From a virus (lineage: Duplodnaviria; Heunggongvirae; Uroviricota; Caudoviricetes): a DNA stretch of 14,851 nt. The DNA is taken from the IMG/VR virus record IMGVR_UViG_2690315922_000004; one strand, 5' to 3'. A program made the position numbers and the translations under genes. This document shows positions 1-11,652 of the stretch, piece by piece. Position 1 is the first letter of the stretch; each line of letters begins with the position of its first letter. The notes under the pieces were generated by a model that saw only the letters and a list, made by a program, of their open reading frames with translations, was not told the origin of the DNA and did not search any database.

Positions 1-213
1 GTTGCCGCTGGTCGTAAGCGCCTGCGGGTCAATGCCAGTTGCTCCGCAGCCGTGCGTGAGGCCACCGGCCCCACCCGCGTGGATAATGCAACCAGCCCCC
101 GACTGGCAGACACCGCTGAGCGGGATTATTTCACCCTCAGAGAACGGCTGATGACAATGCAAAAGCAACTGGAAGGGGCACAGGAATATATCCGTACCCA
201 GTGTATACCGTGA
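1..213 (+). CDS. Rz: i-spanin Rz, C-terminal ~70 codons (5' end lies outside the window)
   Basis: Frame 1 reads through from position 1 to TGA at 211-213, giving ...VAAGRKRLRVNASCSAAVREATGPTRVDNATSPRLADTAERDYFTLRERLMTMQKQLEGAQEYIRTQCIP*. This closely matches the C-terminus of lambda Rz as I recall it, and the position just upstream of cos fits the lambda lysis cassette. Confidence 0.85.
   Translation, partial: VAAGRKRLRVNASCSAAVREATGPTRVDNATSPRLADTAERDYFTLRERLMTMQKQLEGAQEYIRTQCIP
2..151 (+). CDS. Rz1: o-spanin Rz1, embedded in the +1 frame of Rz (5' end outside the window)
   Basis: Frame 2 translates to ...LPLVVSACGSMPVAPQPCVRPPAPPAWIMQPAPDWQTPLSGIISPSENG* with stop at 149-151. The proline-rich sequence matches the lambda Rz1 lipoprotein and is nested inside Rz as in lambda. 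Confidence 0.8.
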   Translation: MPLVVSACGSMPVAPQPCVRPPAPPAWIMQPAPDWQTPLSGIISPSENG

Positions 214-558
214 TGTTTTGTTATAAAGGTGTTGATGGTTGTGTTAGGGGGGATTTAACAAAAAGCCAGTTCCGGACTTTATAGTGTGCTCAGATCATGG
301 CCAAAAACGATTTCTGTGATAAATATTTTGAATATTATTTACAGGTAAATGACGTGGGTCGCATGAATGAAAATATTACAATAGAGTATTAAGTATATGT
401 TCATATTGTATGGGCTGAGAAGGCAAAACACGGTAATTCCTTATGTTGCTATGATACTTGATTGGCAGAATAGTTATTTGGTCTTGAGTATATAGTCAGC
501 GTTTTTTGTTCAGTAATAGTTCTTTCAGTAAAAAACAATAAATAGCGTGATTATTTCT

Positions 559-609
559 GTTTGTTATTTATATTTTTGTTTGTTATTTATATTTTTGTTT
601 GTTGTTTTA
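559..609. repeat. Tandem direct repeat, 19-bp unit GTTTGTTATTTATATTTTT x2 plus a degenerate partial third copy, in the AT-rich region upstream of the PerC-like gene
   Basis: Read directly: identical 19-mers at 559-577 and 578-596, followed by GTTTGTTGTTTTA at 597-609. Confidence 0.85.
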
Positions 610-639
610 TTGTCTTTCTGTGGAGGGGGGAGTATTGTT

Positions 640-652
640 CCCTTATTAAGGG
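640..652. promoter_or_regulatory. 13-bp perfect palindrome CCCTTAtTAAGGG, ~45 bp upstream of the PerC-like start codon; candidate operator or protein-binding site
   Basis: Read directly: CCCTTA / T / TAAGGG are reverse complements. It lies between the tandem repeats and a possible -10 element (TAGAAT, 663-668). The function is inferred only. Confidence 0.3.
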
Positions 653-697
653 CAGGTAAATTTAGAATGGTAATCTGTAGATAATTGGAGGTCACTT

Positions 698-1012
698 ATG
701 CTACATGATCACCTGGCTGAATGTCTGGAGAAAAAAGGACTGTACCGGAGAGCGGCTGAACGATGGGCAAAAGTGATGGTACAGCTAAGTGATGATCAGA
801 AAAGAAAAATCGCGGCACAGAAACGAGCAGAGTGTTTGCGTAAGGCGCGCCGGACTTCGGTTGCACCGGTGAATCTGACAGAAATAAAGCAAGCGGTCAA
901 CAGACTACATTCTGAGTTGGGAATGGGATTTGAAGAGCGGCGGATATTCCGACGATATAAAGGGACAGGAGAACAGAATACGTCCGGAAACGCGCGGTCA
1001 AAAAAATGCTAA
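698..1012 (+). CDS. PerC-family transcriptional activator homolog (Pch-like), 104 aa; a prophage moron gene
   Basis: The ORF has a strong GGAGG Shine-Dalgarno 7 nt upstream of ATG 698. Its N-terminus MLHDHLAECLEKKGLYRRAAERWAKVMVQ carries the (E/K)KGL(Y/W)RRAAxRW motif I associate with PerC/Pch proteins, and 104 aa is the length of EHEC PchA/B/C. It sits in an AT-rich island between the lysis genes and cos, a typical moron position, and is followed by a terminator. Confidence 0.6.
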   Translation: MLHDHLAECLEKKGLYRRAAERWAKVMVQLSDDQKRKIAAQKRAECLRKARRTSVAPVNLTEIKQAVNRLHSELGMGFEERRIFRRYKGTGEQNTSGNARSKKC

Positions 1013-1050
1013 AAAATATCTGAGAAAGTTATTGCCTGTTACCATAATAA

Positions 1051-1076
1051 AAAGCGACTTTAGTAGTCGCTTTTTG
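1051..1076. terminator. Rho-independent terminator hairpin downstream of the PerC-like gene (potentially bidirectional)
   Basis: AAAGCGACT (1051-1059), loop TTAGTA, AGTCGCTTT (1066-1074), then T-run TTTTTG on the + strand. An A-rich tract upstream (ATAATAAAAAG) would give a U-run for the minus strand as well. Confidence 0.6.
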
Positions 1077-1180
1077 TGTCATATATACGTCGTTTAAGTA
1101 AACCTGTCTGAACAGGTGCTCTGGTCGTGTTTGTTTTTGTTGGGTACAAATTGAGAATGTTTTTCATTAATTAGTCTTCT

Positions 1181-1318
1181 TCAGCAGACTTCAATAATCC
1201 ACGCTGAAAAAATTCCTGAACCTTTCTGACCAAAAGCGATGTTAATTTGTTCAATCATCTGGTTTGGAAATCGGATGTTGAGGGCTGTTGTTCTGCGGGT
1301 TCTGTTCTTTGATGACAT
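1181..1318 (-). CDS. Small conserved ORF (45 aa), YlcI/DUF3950-like; homolog of the small ORF just upstream of cos in lambda and of ylcI-type genes preceding nohD/nohA in K-12 cryptic prophages
   Basis: Minus-strand ATG at 1318 (plus-strand CAT 1316-1318), stop TGA (plus-strand TCA 1181-1183). Translation is MSSKNRTRRTTALNIRFPNQMIEQINIAFGQKGSGIFSAWIIEVC. As I recall it, the lambda counterpart is 64 aa (MSTKNRTRRTTTRNIRFPNQMIEQINIALEQKGSGNFSAWVIEACRRRL...); here a TGA ends the frame at the position of the first R of RRRL. It is below the ORF-track length cutoff. Confidence 0.5.
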   Translation of the reverse strand: MSSKNRTRRTTALNIRFPNQMIEQINIAFGQKGSGIFSAWIIEVC

Positions 1319-1499
1319 AATGTTGCCCCATATTCAGTGTTGCTGGTTTGTATTTTCTGAAGTTGCTTTTACGTTAATTTGATGTGGATCAATTGATGCA
1401 ATGCCTGCGTCATAATTGATCATTTCTTGTGGTTAGATTGCGTACACACACGTTCTGATGAGTCATCATGCAGATGATAACTATTCTCATTTTTTGTGG

Positions 1500-1716
1500 G
1501 TCCTTTCCGGCGATCTGACAGGCTACGGGGCGGAAGGCGCGCGGGTTTTCGCTATTTATGAAAATTTTCCGGTTTAAGGCGTTTCCGTTCTTCTTCTCCG
1601 TAACTTCATGTTTTTATTTAAAACACCCCCTGAAAAGAAAGGAAACGACAGGTGCTGAAAACGAGCTTTTTGGCCTCTGTCGTTTCCTTTCTCTGTTTTT
1701 GTCCGTGGAATGAACA
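1500..1716. other. cos: cos site region: cosQ, cosN and cosB terminase recognition elements, with the cosN 12-nt cohesive-end homolog at ~1528-1539
   Basis: Sequence ...GGTCCTTTCCGGCGATCTGACAGGCTACG | GGGCGGAAGGCG | CGCGGGTTTTCGCTATTTATGAAAATTTTCCGGTTTAAGGCGTTTCCGTTCTTCTTC... is near-identical to the lambda right-end/left-end junction and to the cosB region upstream of Nu1. The overhang differs from canonical GGGCGGCGACCT (see findings). Confidence 0.8.
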
Positions 1717-2236
1717 ATGGAAGTCAACAAAAAGCAGCTGGCTGACATTTTCGGTGCGAGTATCCGTACCATTCAGAACTGGCAGGAACAGGGAATGCCC
1801 GTTCTGCGAGGCGGTGGCAAGGGTAATGAGGTGCTTTATGACTCTGCCGCCGTCATAAAATGGTATGCCGAAAGGGATGCTGAAATTGAGAACGAAAAGC
1901 TGCGCCGGGAGGTTGAAGAACTGCGGCAGGCCAGCGAGGCAGATCTCCAGCCAGGGACTATTGAGTACGAACGCCATCGACTTACGCGTGCGCAGGCCGA
2001 CGCACAGGAACTGAAGAATGCCAGAGACTCAGCTGAAGTGGTGGAAACCGCATTCTGTACTTTCGTGCTGTCACGGATCGCAGGTGAAATTGCCAGTATT
2101 CTTGACGGGATCCCTCTCTCGGTACAGCGGCGTTTTCCGGAACTGGAAAACCGACATGTTGATTTCCTGAAACGGGATATCATCAAAGCCATGAACAAAG
2201 CAGCCGCGCTGGATGAACTGATACCGGGGTTGCTGA

Positions 2237-2262
<26 letters not shown>
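1717..2262 (+). CDS. Nu1: Terminase small subunit gpNu1 (181 aa)
   Basis: MEVNKKQLADIFGASIRTIQNWQEQGMPVLRGGGKGNEVLYDSAAVIKWYAERDAEIENEKLRREVEELRQ... is essentially lambda gpNu1 (winged-HTH DNA-binding N-terminus), with the same length and position relative to cos. Confidence 0.95.
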
Positions 2263-5949
<3,687 letters not shown>

Positions 5950-5969
<20 letters not shown>

Positions 5970-7269
5970 TCTCCCGCATATTGCCAGCATGGCCTTTAAT
6001 GAGCCGCTGATGCTTGAACCCGCCTATGCGCGGGTTTTCTTTTGTGCGCTTGCAGGCCAGCTTGGGATCAGCCGCCTGACGGATGCGGTGTCCGGTGACA
6101 GCCTGACTGCCGGAGAGGCACCCGCGGCGCTGGCGTTATCCGTTGATGATGACGGACCACGACAGGCCCGCAGTTATCAGGTCATGAACGGCATCGCCGT
6201 GCTGCCGGTGTCCGGCACGCTGGTCAGCCGGACGCGGGCGCTGCAGCCGTATTCGGGGATGACCGGTTACAACGGCATTATCGCCCGTCTGCAACAGGCT
6301 GCCAGCGATCCGATGGTGGACGGCATTCTGCTCGATATGGACACGCCCGGCGGGATGGTGGCGGGGGCATTTGACTGCGCTGACATCATCGTCCGTGTGC
6401 GTGACATAAAACCGGTATGGGCGCTGGCCAATGACATGAACTGCAGTGCAGGTCAGCTGCTTGCCAGCGCCGCTTCCCGGCGTCTGGTCACGCAGACCGC
6501 CCGGACAGGCTCCATCGGCGTCATGATGGCTCACAGTAATTACGGCGCTGCGCTGGAGAAACAGGGCGTGGAAATCACGCTGATTTACAGCGGCAGCCAT
6601 AAGGTGGATGGCAACCCCTACAGCCATCTTCCGGATGACGTCCGGGAGACACTGCAGTCCCGGATGGATGCAACCCGCCGGATGTTTGCACAGAAGGTGT
6701 CGGCATATACCGGCCTGTCCGTGCAGGCTGTTCTGGATACCGAGGCTGCAGTGTACAGCGGTCAGGAGGCCATTGATGCCGGACTGGCTGATGAACTTGT
6801 TAACAGCACCGATGCGATCACCATCATGCGTGATGCACTGGATGCACGTAAATCCCGTCTCTCAGGAGGGCGAATGACCAAAGAGACCCAATCAACAACT
6901 GTTTCAGCCACTGCTTCGCAGGCTGACGTTACTGACGTGATGCCAGCGACGGAGGGCGAAAACGCCAGCGCGGCGCAGCCGGACGTGAACGTGCAGATCA
7001 CCGCAGCAGTTGCGGCAGAAAACAGCCGCATTATGGGGATACTCAACTGTGAGGAGGCTCACGGACGCGAAGAACAGGCCCGAGTGCTGGCAGAAACCCC
7101 CGGTATGACCGTGGAAACGGCCCGCCGCATTCTGGCCGCAGCACCACTGAGTGCACAGGCGCGCAGTGATACTGCGCTGGATCGTCTGATGCAGGGGGCA
7201 CCGGCACCGCTGGCTGCAGGTAACCCGGCATCTGATGCCGTTAACGATTTGCTGAACACACCAGTGTAA
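5950..7269 (+). CDS. C: Head maturation protease / scaffold fusion gpC (439 aa), GTG start
   Basis: The ORF-track frame 5803-7269 contains the lambda gpC sequence starting at V(M)TAELRNLPHIASMAFNEPLMLEPAYARVFF... GTG at 5950 is preceded by GAGGAGGAG (5938-5946) and overlaps the B 3' end, giving 439 codons as in lambda C. The upstream extension to 5803 is rejected. Confidence 0.9.
6664..7269 (+). CDS. Nu3: Scaffolding protein gpNu3 (201 aa), from an internal in-frame start within C
   Basis: In-frame ATG at 6664 (MDATRRMFAQKVSAYTGLSVQ...) shares the C stop at 7269. Length 606 nt matches lambda Nu3, which is nested in the 3' third of C. Confidence 0.75.
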   Translation: MDATRRMFAQKVSAYTGLSVQAVLDTEAAVYSGQEAIDAGLADELVNSTDAITIMRDALDARKSRLSGGRMTKETQSTTVSATASQADVTDVMPATEGENASAAQPDVNVQITAAVAAENSRIMGILNCEEAHGREEQARVLAETPGMTVETARRILAAAPLSAQARSDTALDRLMQGAPAPLAAGNPASDAVNDLLNTPV

Positions 7270-7278
7270 GGGATGTTT

Positions 7279-7611
7279 ATGACGAGCAAAGAAACCTTTA
7301 CCCATTACCAGCCGCTGGGCAACAGTGACCCGGCTCATACCGCAACCGCGCCCGGCGGATTGAGTGCGAAAACGCCTGCAATGACCCCGCTGATGCCGGA
7401 TACCTCCACCCGTAAGCTGGTTGCGTGGGATGGCACCACCGACGGTGCTGCCGTTGGCATTCTTGCTGTTGCTGCTGACCAGACCAGCACCACGCTGACG
7501 TTCTACAAGTCCGGCACGTTCCGTTATGAGGATGTGCTCTGGCCGGAGGCTGCCAGCGACGAGACGAAAAAACGGACCGCGTTTGCCGGAACAGCAATCA
7601 GCATCGTTTAA
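7279..7611 (+). CDS. D: Head decoration protein gpD (110 aa)
   Basis: [110 protein letters not shown] is lambda gpD. The true start is the second ATG of track ORF 7273-7611. Confidence 0.9.
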   Translation: MTSKETFTHYQPLGNSDPAHTATAPGGLSAKTPAMTPLMPDTSTRKLVAWDGTTDGAAVGILAVAADQTSTTLTFYKSGTFRYEDVLWPEAASDETKKRTAFAGTAISIV

Positions 7612-7627
7612 CCTTACCCTCATCACT

Positions 7628-7652
7628 AAAGGCCGCCTGTGCGGCTTTTTTT
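7628..7652 (+). terminator. GC stem-loop plus T7 run in the D-E intergenic region (possible weak terminator or attenuator)
   Basis: GCCGC (7632-7636), loop CTGT, GCGGC (7641-7645), then TTTTTTT (7646-7652), immediately upstream of the E start. The same structure is present in lambda. Confidence 0.35.
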
Positions 7653-7665
7653 ACGGGATTTTTTT

Positions 7666-8691
7666 ATGTCAATGTACACAACCGCCCAGCTGCTGGCGGC
7701 AAATGAGCAGAAATTTAAGTTTGATCCGCTGTTTCTGCGTCTCTTTTTCCGTGAGAGCTATCCCTTCACCACGGAGAAAGTCTATCTCTCACAAATTCCG
7801 GGGCTGGTAAACATGGCGCTGTACGTTTCGCCGATTGTTTCCGGTGAGGTTATCCGCTCCCGTGGCGGCTCCACCTCTGAATTTACGCCGGGATATGTCA
7901 AGCCGAAGCATGAGGTGAATCCGCAGATGACCCTGCGTCGCCTGCCGGATGAAGATCCACAGAATCTGGCGGACCCGGCTTACCGCCGCCGTCGCATCAT
8001 CATGCAGAACATGCGTGACGAAGAGCTGGCCATTGCCCAGGTGGAAGAGATGCAGGCCGTTTCTGCCGTGCTTAAGGGCAAATACACCATGACCGGTGAA
8101 GCCTTCGATCCGGTTGAGGTGGATATGGGCCGCAGTGAGGCGAATAACATCACGCAGTCCGGCGGCACGGAGTGGAGCAAGCGTGACAAGTCCACGTATG
8201 ACCCGACCGACGATATCGAAGCCTACGCGCTGAACGCCAGCGGTGTGGTGAATATCATCGTGTTTGATCCGAAAGGCTGGGCACTGTTCCGTTCCTTCAA
8301 AGCCGTCAGGGAGAAGCTGGATACCCGTCGCGGCTCTCATTCCGAGCTGGAGACAGCGGTAAAAGACCTGGGCAAAGCGGTGTCCTATAAGGGAATGTAT
8401 GGCGATGTGGCCATCGTCGTGTATTCCGGACAGTACGTGGAAAACGGCGTCAAAAAGAACTTCCTGCCGGACAACACGATGGTGCTGGGGAACACTCAGG
8501 CTCGCGGTCTGCGCACCTATGGCTGCATTCAGGATGCGGACGCACAGCGCGAAGGCATTAACGCCTCTGCTCGTTACCCGAAAAACTGGGTGACCACCGG
8601 CGATCCGGCGCGTGAGTTCACCATGATTCAGTCAGCACCGCTGATGCTGCTGGCTGACCCTGATGAGTTCGTTTCCGTACAACTGGCGTAA
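7666..8691 (+). CDS. E: Major capsid protein gpE (341 aa)
   Basis: MSMYTTAQLLAANEQKFKFDPLFLRLFFRESYPFTTEKVYLSQIPGLVNMALYVSPIVSGEVIRSRGG... is near-identical to lambda gpE. The start is taken at ATG 7666, not the upstream 7639 of the track ORF. Confidence 0.95.
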   Translation: MSMYTTAQLLAANEQKFKFDPLFLRLFFRESYPFTTEKVYLSQIPGLVNMALYVSPIVSGEVIRSRGGSTSEFTPGYVKPKHEVNPQMTLRRLPDEDPQNLADPAYRRRRIIMQNMRDEELAIAQVEEMQAVSAVLKGKYTMTGEAFDPVEVDMGRSEANNITQSGGTEWSKRDKSTYDPTDDIEAYALNASGVVNIIVFDPKGWALFRSFKAVREKLDTRRGSHSELETAVKDLGKAVSYKGMYGDVAIVVYSGQYVENGVKKNFLPDNTMVLGNTQARGLRTYGCIQDADAQREGINASARYPKNWVTTGDPAREFTMIQSAPLMLLADPDEFVSVQLA

Positions 8692-8732
8692 TCGTGGCCC
8701 TTCGGGGACATTTTCTCTCTGTGGAGGAGTTC

Positions 8733-9119
8733 ATGACGAAAGATGAACTGATTGCCCGTCTTCAGGAGCTGGGTGAGCAACTGAACCGCGATGTCAGTTT
8801 GAGGGGAACGAAAGAAGAACTGGCGCTCCGTGTGGCAGAGCTGGAAGAGGAGCTTGATGACACTGCCGATCAGGATACCCCTATCAGCCCGGAAAATGCG
8901 CTGACCGGACATGAAAATGAGGCTGTATCAGCGCAGCCGGATACCGTGACTGATACGGCTGATCTGGTCACGGTTGTGGCACTGGTGACGCTGCATACTG
9001 ATGCACTTCACGCCACGCGGGATGAGGCTGTGGCATTTGTGCTGCCGGGAACGGCGTTCCGTGTCTCTGCCGGTGTGGCAGCTGAAATGACAGAACGTGG
9101 CCTGGTCAGAATGCAATAA
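8733..9119 (+). CDS. FI: DNA-packaging accessory protein gpFI (128 aa)
   Basis: MTKDELIARLQELGEQLNRDVSLRGTKEELALRVAELEEELDD...GVAAEMTERGLVRMQ matches lambda gpFI, with GGAGG upstream of ATG 8733. It is slightly shorter than lambda FI because of small differences in the central acidic linker. Confidence 0.85.
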   Translation: MTKDELIARLQELGEQLNRDVSLRGTKEELALRVAELEEELDDTADQDTPISPENALTGHENEAVSAQPDTVTDTADLVTVVALVTLHTDALHATRDEAVAFVLPGTAFRVSAGVAAEMTERGLVRMQ

Positions 9120-9130
9120 CGGGAGGCGCT

Positions 9131-9484
9131 GTGGCTGATTTCGATAACCTGTTCGATGCTGCCATTGCCCGCGCCGATGAAACGATACGCGGGTACATGG
9201 GAACGTCAGCCACCATGACATCCGGTGAGCAGTCCGGTGCGGTGATACGTGGTGTTTTTGATGACCCTGAAAATATCAGCTATGCCGGGCCGGGCGTGCG
9301 TGTTGAAGGCTCCAGCCCGGCCCTGTTTGTCCGGACTGATGATGTGCGGCAGCTGCGGCGCGGCGACACGCTGACCATCGGTGAGGAAAACTTCTGGATA
9401 GACCGGGTTTCGCCGGATGATGGCGGAAGCTGTCATCTCTGGCTTGGGCGTGGCGTGCCGCCTGCCGTTAACCGTCGCCGCTGA
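9131..9484 (+). CDS. FII: Head-tail connector protein gpFII (117 aa), GTG start
   Basis: (M)ADFDNLFDAAIARADETIRGYMGTSATMTSGEQSGAVIRGVFDDPENISYAGPGVRVEGSSPALFVRTDDVRQLRRGDTLTIGEENFWIDRVSPDDGGSCHLWLGRGVPPAVNRRR is lambda gpFII, 117 aa as in lambda. Confidence 0.9.
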   Translation: MADFDNLFDAAIARADETIRGYMGTSATMTSGEQSGAVIRGVFDDPENISYAGPGVRVEGSSPALFVRTDDVRQLRRGDTLTIGEENFWIDRVSPDDGGSCHLWLGRGVPPAVNRRR

Positions 9485-9495
9485 AAGGGGGATGT

Positions 9496-10074
9496 ATGGC
9501 CATACAGGGTCTTGAGCAGGCCGTTGAAAACCTCAGCCGTATCAGCAAAACGGCGGTGCCCGGTGCCGCCGCAATGGCCATTAACCGCGTTGCTTCATCC
9601 GCGATATCGCAGTCGGCGTCACAGGTTGCCCGTGAGACAAAGGTACGCCGGAAACTGGTAAAGGAAAGGGCCAGGCTGAAAAGGGCCACGGTCAAAAATC
9701 CGCAGGCCAGAATCAAAGTTAACCGGGGGGATTTGCCCGTAATCAGGCTGGGGAATGCGCGGGTTGTCCTGTCCCGCCGCAGGCGTCGTAAAAAGGGGCA
9801 GCGTTCATCCCTGAAAGGTGGCGGCAGCGTGCTTGTGGTGGGTAACCGTCGTATTCCCGGCGCGTTTATTCAGCAACTGAAAAATGGCCGGTGGCATGTC
9901 ATGCAGCGTGTGGCCGGGAAAAACCGTTACCCCATTGATGTGGTGAAAATCCCGATGGCGGTGCCGCTGACCACGGCGTTTAAACAGAATATTGAACGGA
10001 TACGGCGTGAACGTCTTCCGAAAGAGCTGGGCTATGCGCTGCAGCATCAACTGAGAATGGTAATAAAGCGATGA
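9496..10074 (+). CDS. Z: Tail completion protein gpZ (192 aa)
   Basis: 192 aa at the conserved position after FII; MAIQGLEQAVENLSRISKTAVPGAAAMAINRVASSAISQSASQVARETKVRRKLVKERARLKRATVKNPQARIKVNRGDLPVIRLGNARV... matches lambda gpZ. Confidence 0.9.
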   Translation: MAIQGLEQAVENLSRISKTAVPGAAAMAINRVASSAISQSASQVARETKVRRKLVKERARLKRATVKNPQARIKVNRGDLPVIRLGNARVVLSRRRRRKKGQRSSLKGGGSVLVVGNRRIPGAFIQQLKNGRWHVMQRVAGKNRYPIDVVKIPMAVPLTTAFKQNIERIRRERLPKELGYALQHQLRMVIKR

Positions 10075-10466
10075 AACATACTGAACTCCGTGCAGCCGTA
10101 CTGGATGCACTGGAGAAGCATGACACCGGGGCGACGCTTTTTGATGGTCGCCCCGCTGTTTTTGATGAGGAGGATTTTCCGGCAGTTGCCGTTTATCTCA
10201 CCGGCGCTGAATACACGGGCGAAGAGCTGGACAGCGATACCTGGCAGGCAGAGCTGCATATCGAAGTTTTCCTGCCTGCTCAGGTGCCGGATTCAGAGCT
10301 GGATGCGTGGATGGAGTCCCGGATTTATCCGGTGATGAGCGATATCCCGGCACTGTCAGATTTGATCACCAGTATGGTGGCCAGTGGCTATGACTACCGG
10401 CGCGACGATGATGCGGGCCTGTGGAGTTCAGCCGATCTGACTTATGTCATTACCTATGAAATGTGA
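10071..10466 (+). CDS. U: Tail terminator protein gpU (131 aa)
   Basis: [131 protein letters not shown] is lambda gpU; ATGA overlap with Z. Confidence 0.9.
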   Translation: MKHTELRAAVLDALEKHDTGATLFDGRPAVFDEEDFPAVAVYLTGAEYTGEELDSDTWQAELHIEVFLPAQVPDSELDAWMESRIYPVMSDIPALSDLITSMVASGYDYRRDDDAGLWSSADLTYVITYEM

Positions 10467-10473
10467 GGACGAT

Positions 10474-11214
10474 ATGCCTGTACCAAATCCTACAATGCCG
10501 GTGAAAGGTGCCGGGACCACACTGTGGGTTTATAAGGGGAACGGTGACCCTTATGCGAACCCGCTTTCAGACGTTGACTGGTCGCGTCTGGCTAAAGTTA
10601 AAGACCTGACGCCCGGCGAACTGACCGCTGAGTCCTATGACGACAGTTATCTCGATGATGAGGATGCGGACTGGACCGCGACCGGACAGGGGCAGAAATC
10701 CGCCGGAGATACCAGCTTCACGCTGGCGTGGATGCCCGGAGAGCAGGGGCAGCAGGCGCTGCTGGCGTGGTTTAATGAAGGTGATACCCGTGCCTATAAA
10801 ATCCGCTTCCCGAACGGCACGGTCGATGTGTTCCGCGGCTGGGTCAGCAGTATCGGTAAGGCAGTAACGGCGAAGGAAGCGATCACCCGCACGGTGAAGG
10901 TCACCAATGTGGGCCGTCCGTCAATGGCAGAAGATCGCAGCACGGTGACGGCAGCAACCGGTATGACCGTGACACCCGCCAGTGCTTCCGTAGTGAAAGG
11001 GCAGAGCACGACGCTGACCGTGGCATTCCAGCCGGAAGGTGCAACCGACAAGAGCTTCCGTGCGGTGTCTGCGGATAAAACAAAAGCCACCGTGTCGGTC
11101 AGTGGTATGACCATCACCGTGAAGGGCGTCGCTGCAGGCAAGGTCAACATTCCGGTTGTATCCGGTAATGGTGAGTTTGCTGCGGTTGCAGAAATCAACG
11201 TCACCGCCAGTTAA
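10474..11214 (+). CDS. V: Major tail tube protein gpV (246 aa) with C-terminal Ig-like (Big_2-type) domain
   Basis: [123 protein letters not shown]... is lambda gpV. The start is taken at ATG 10474 (246 aa), not the track ORF's upstream 10444. Confidence 0.9.
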   Translation: MPVPNPTMPVKGAGTTLWVYKGNGDPYANPLSDVDWSRLAKVKDLTPGELTAESYDDSYLDDEDADWTATGQGQKSAGDTSFTLAWMPGEQGQQALLAWFNEGDTRAYKIRFPNGTVDVFRGWVSSIGKAVTAKEAITRTVKVTNVGRPSMAEDRSTVTAATGMTVTPASASVVKGQSTTLTVAFQPEGATDKSFRAVSADKTKATVSVSGMTITVKGVAAGKVNIPVVSGNGEFAAVAEINVTAS

Positions 11215-11229
11215 TCCGGAGAGTCAGCG

Positions 11230-11652
11230 ATGTTTCTGAAAACCGAATCATTTGAACATAACGGCGTGACCGTCACGCTTTCTGAACTGTCAGCCCTGCA
11301 GCGCATTGAGCATCTCACCCTGATGAAACGGCAGGCAGAACAGGCGGAGTCAGACAGTAACCGGAAGTTTACTGTGGAAGACGTCATCAGAACCGGCGCT
11401 TTTGTGGTAGCGATGTCCCTGTGGCATAACCATCCGAAGAAGACGCAGATGCCGTCCATGAATGAAGCCGTTAAACAGATTGAGCAGGAAGTGCTCACCA
11501 CCTGGCCCACAGAGGCGATTTCTCATGCTGAAAACGTGGTGTACCGGCTGTCCGGTATGTATGAGTTTGTGGTGAATGATGCCCCTGAACAGGCAGAGGA
11601 CGCCGGGCCTGCAGAGCCTGTTTCTGCGGGAAAGTGTTCGACGGTGAGCTGA
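11230..11652 (+). CDS. G: Tail assembly chaperone gpG (140 aa)
   Basis: MFLKTESFEHNGVTVTLSELSALQRIEHLTLMKRQAEQAESDSNRKFTVEDVIRTGAFVVAMSLWHNHPKKTQMPSMNEAVKQIEQEVLTTWPTEAISHAENVVYRLSGMYEFVVNDAPEQ... is lambda gpG, 140 aa. Confidence 0.9.
   Translation: MFLKTESFEHNGVTVTLSELSALQRIEHLTLMKRQAEQAESDSNRKFTVEDVIRTGAFVVAMSLWHNHPKKTQMPSMNEAVKQIEQEVLTTWPTEAISHAENVVYRLSGMYEFVVNDAPEQAEDAGPAEPVSAGKCSTVS

Noticed and set aside
297-392. 31-codon ORF (MAKNDFCDKYFEYYLQVNDVGRMNENITIEY) in the AT-rich region
   Set aside because: No Shine-Dalgarno sequence, very AT-rich composition where chance ORFs are common, and no recognisable motif.
247-630. Two G6 homopolymer tracts (247-252 and 625-630) as possible phase-variation slip sites
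   Set aside because: Six residues is below the length at which slipped-strand phase variation is usually seen, and neither tract is inside a coding region or clearly within promoter spacing.
1618-1977. ORFs 1652-1858 (+, 68 aa) and 1618-1977 (-, 119 aa) spanning cosB and the Nu1 start
   Set aside because: They overlap the cos regulatory region and the Nu1 coding sequence in alternative frames. There is no homology or expression signal, and cosB is known to be non-coding.
7639-7665. Upstream extensions of E (7639), FI (8694), V (10444) and D (7273) in the ORF track
   Set aside because: The internal ATGs at 7666, 8733, 10474 and 7279 reproduce the known N-termini and lengths of the lambda proteins and have appropriately spaced RBSs. 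The extensions start at non-ATG or poorly supported codons.
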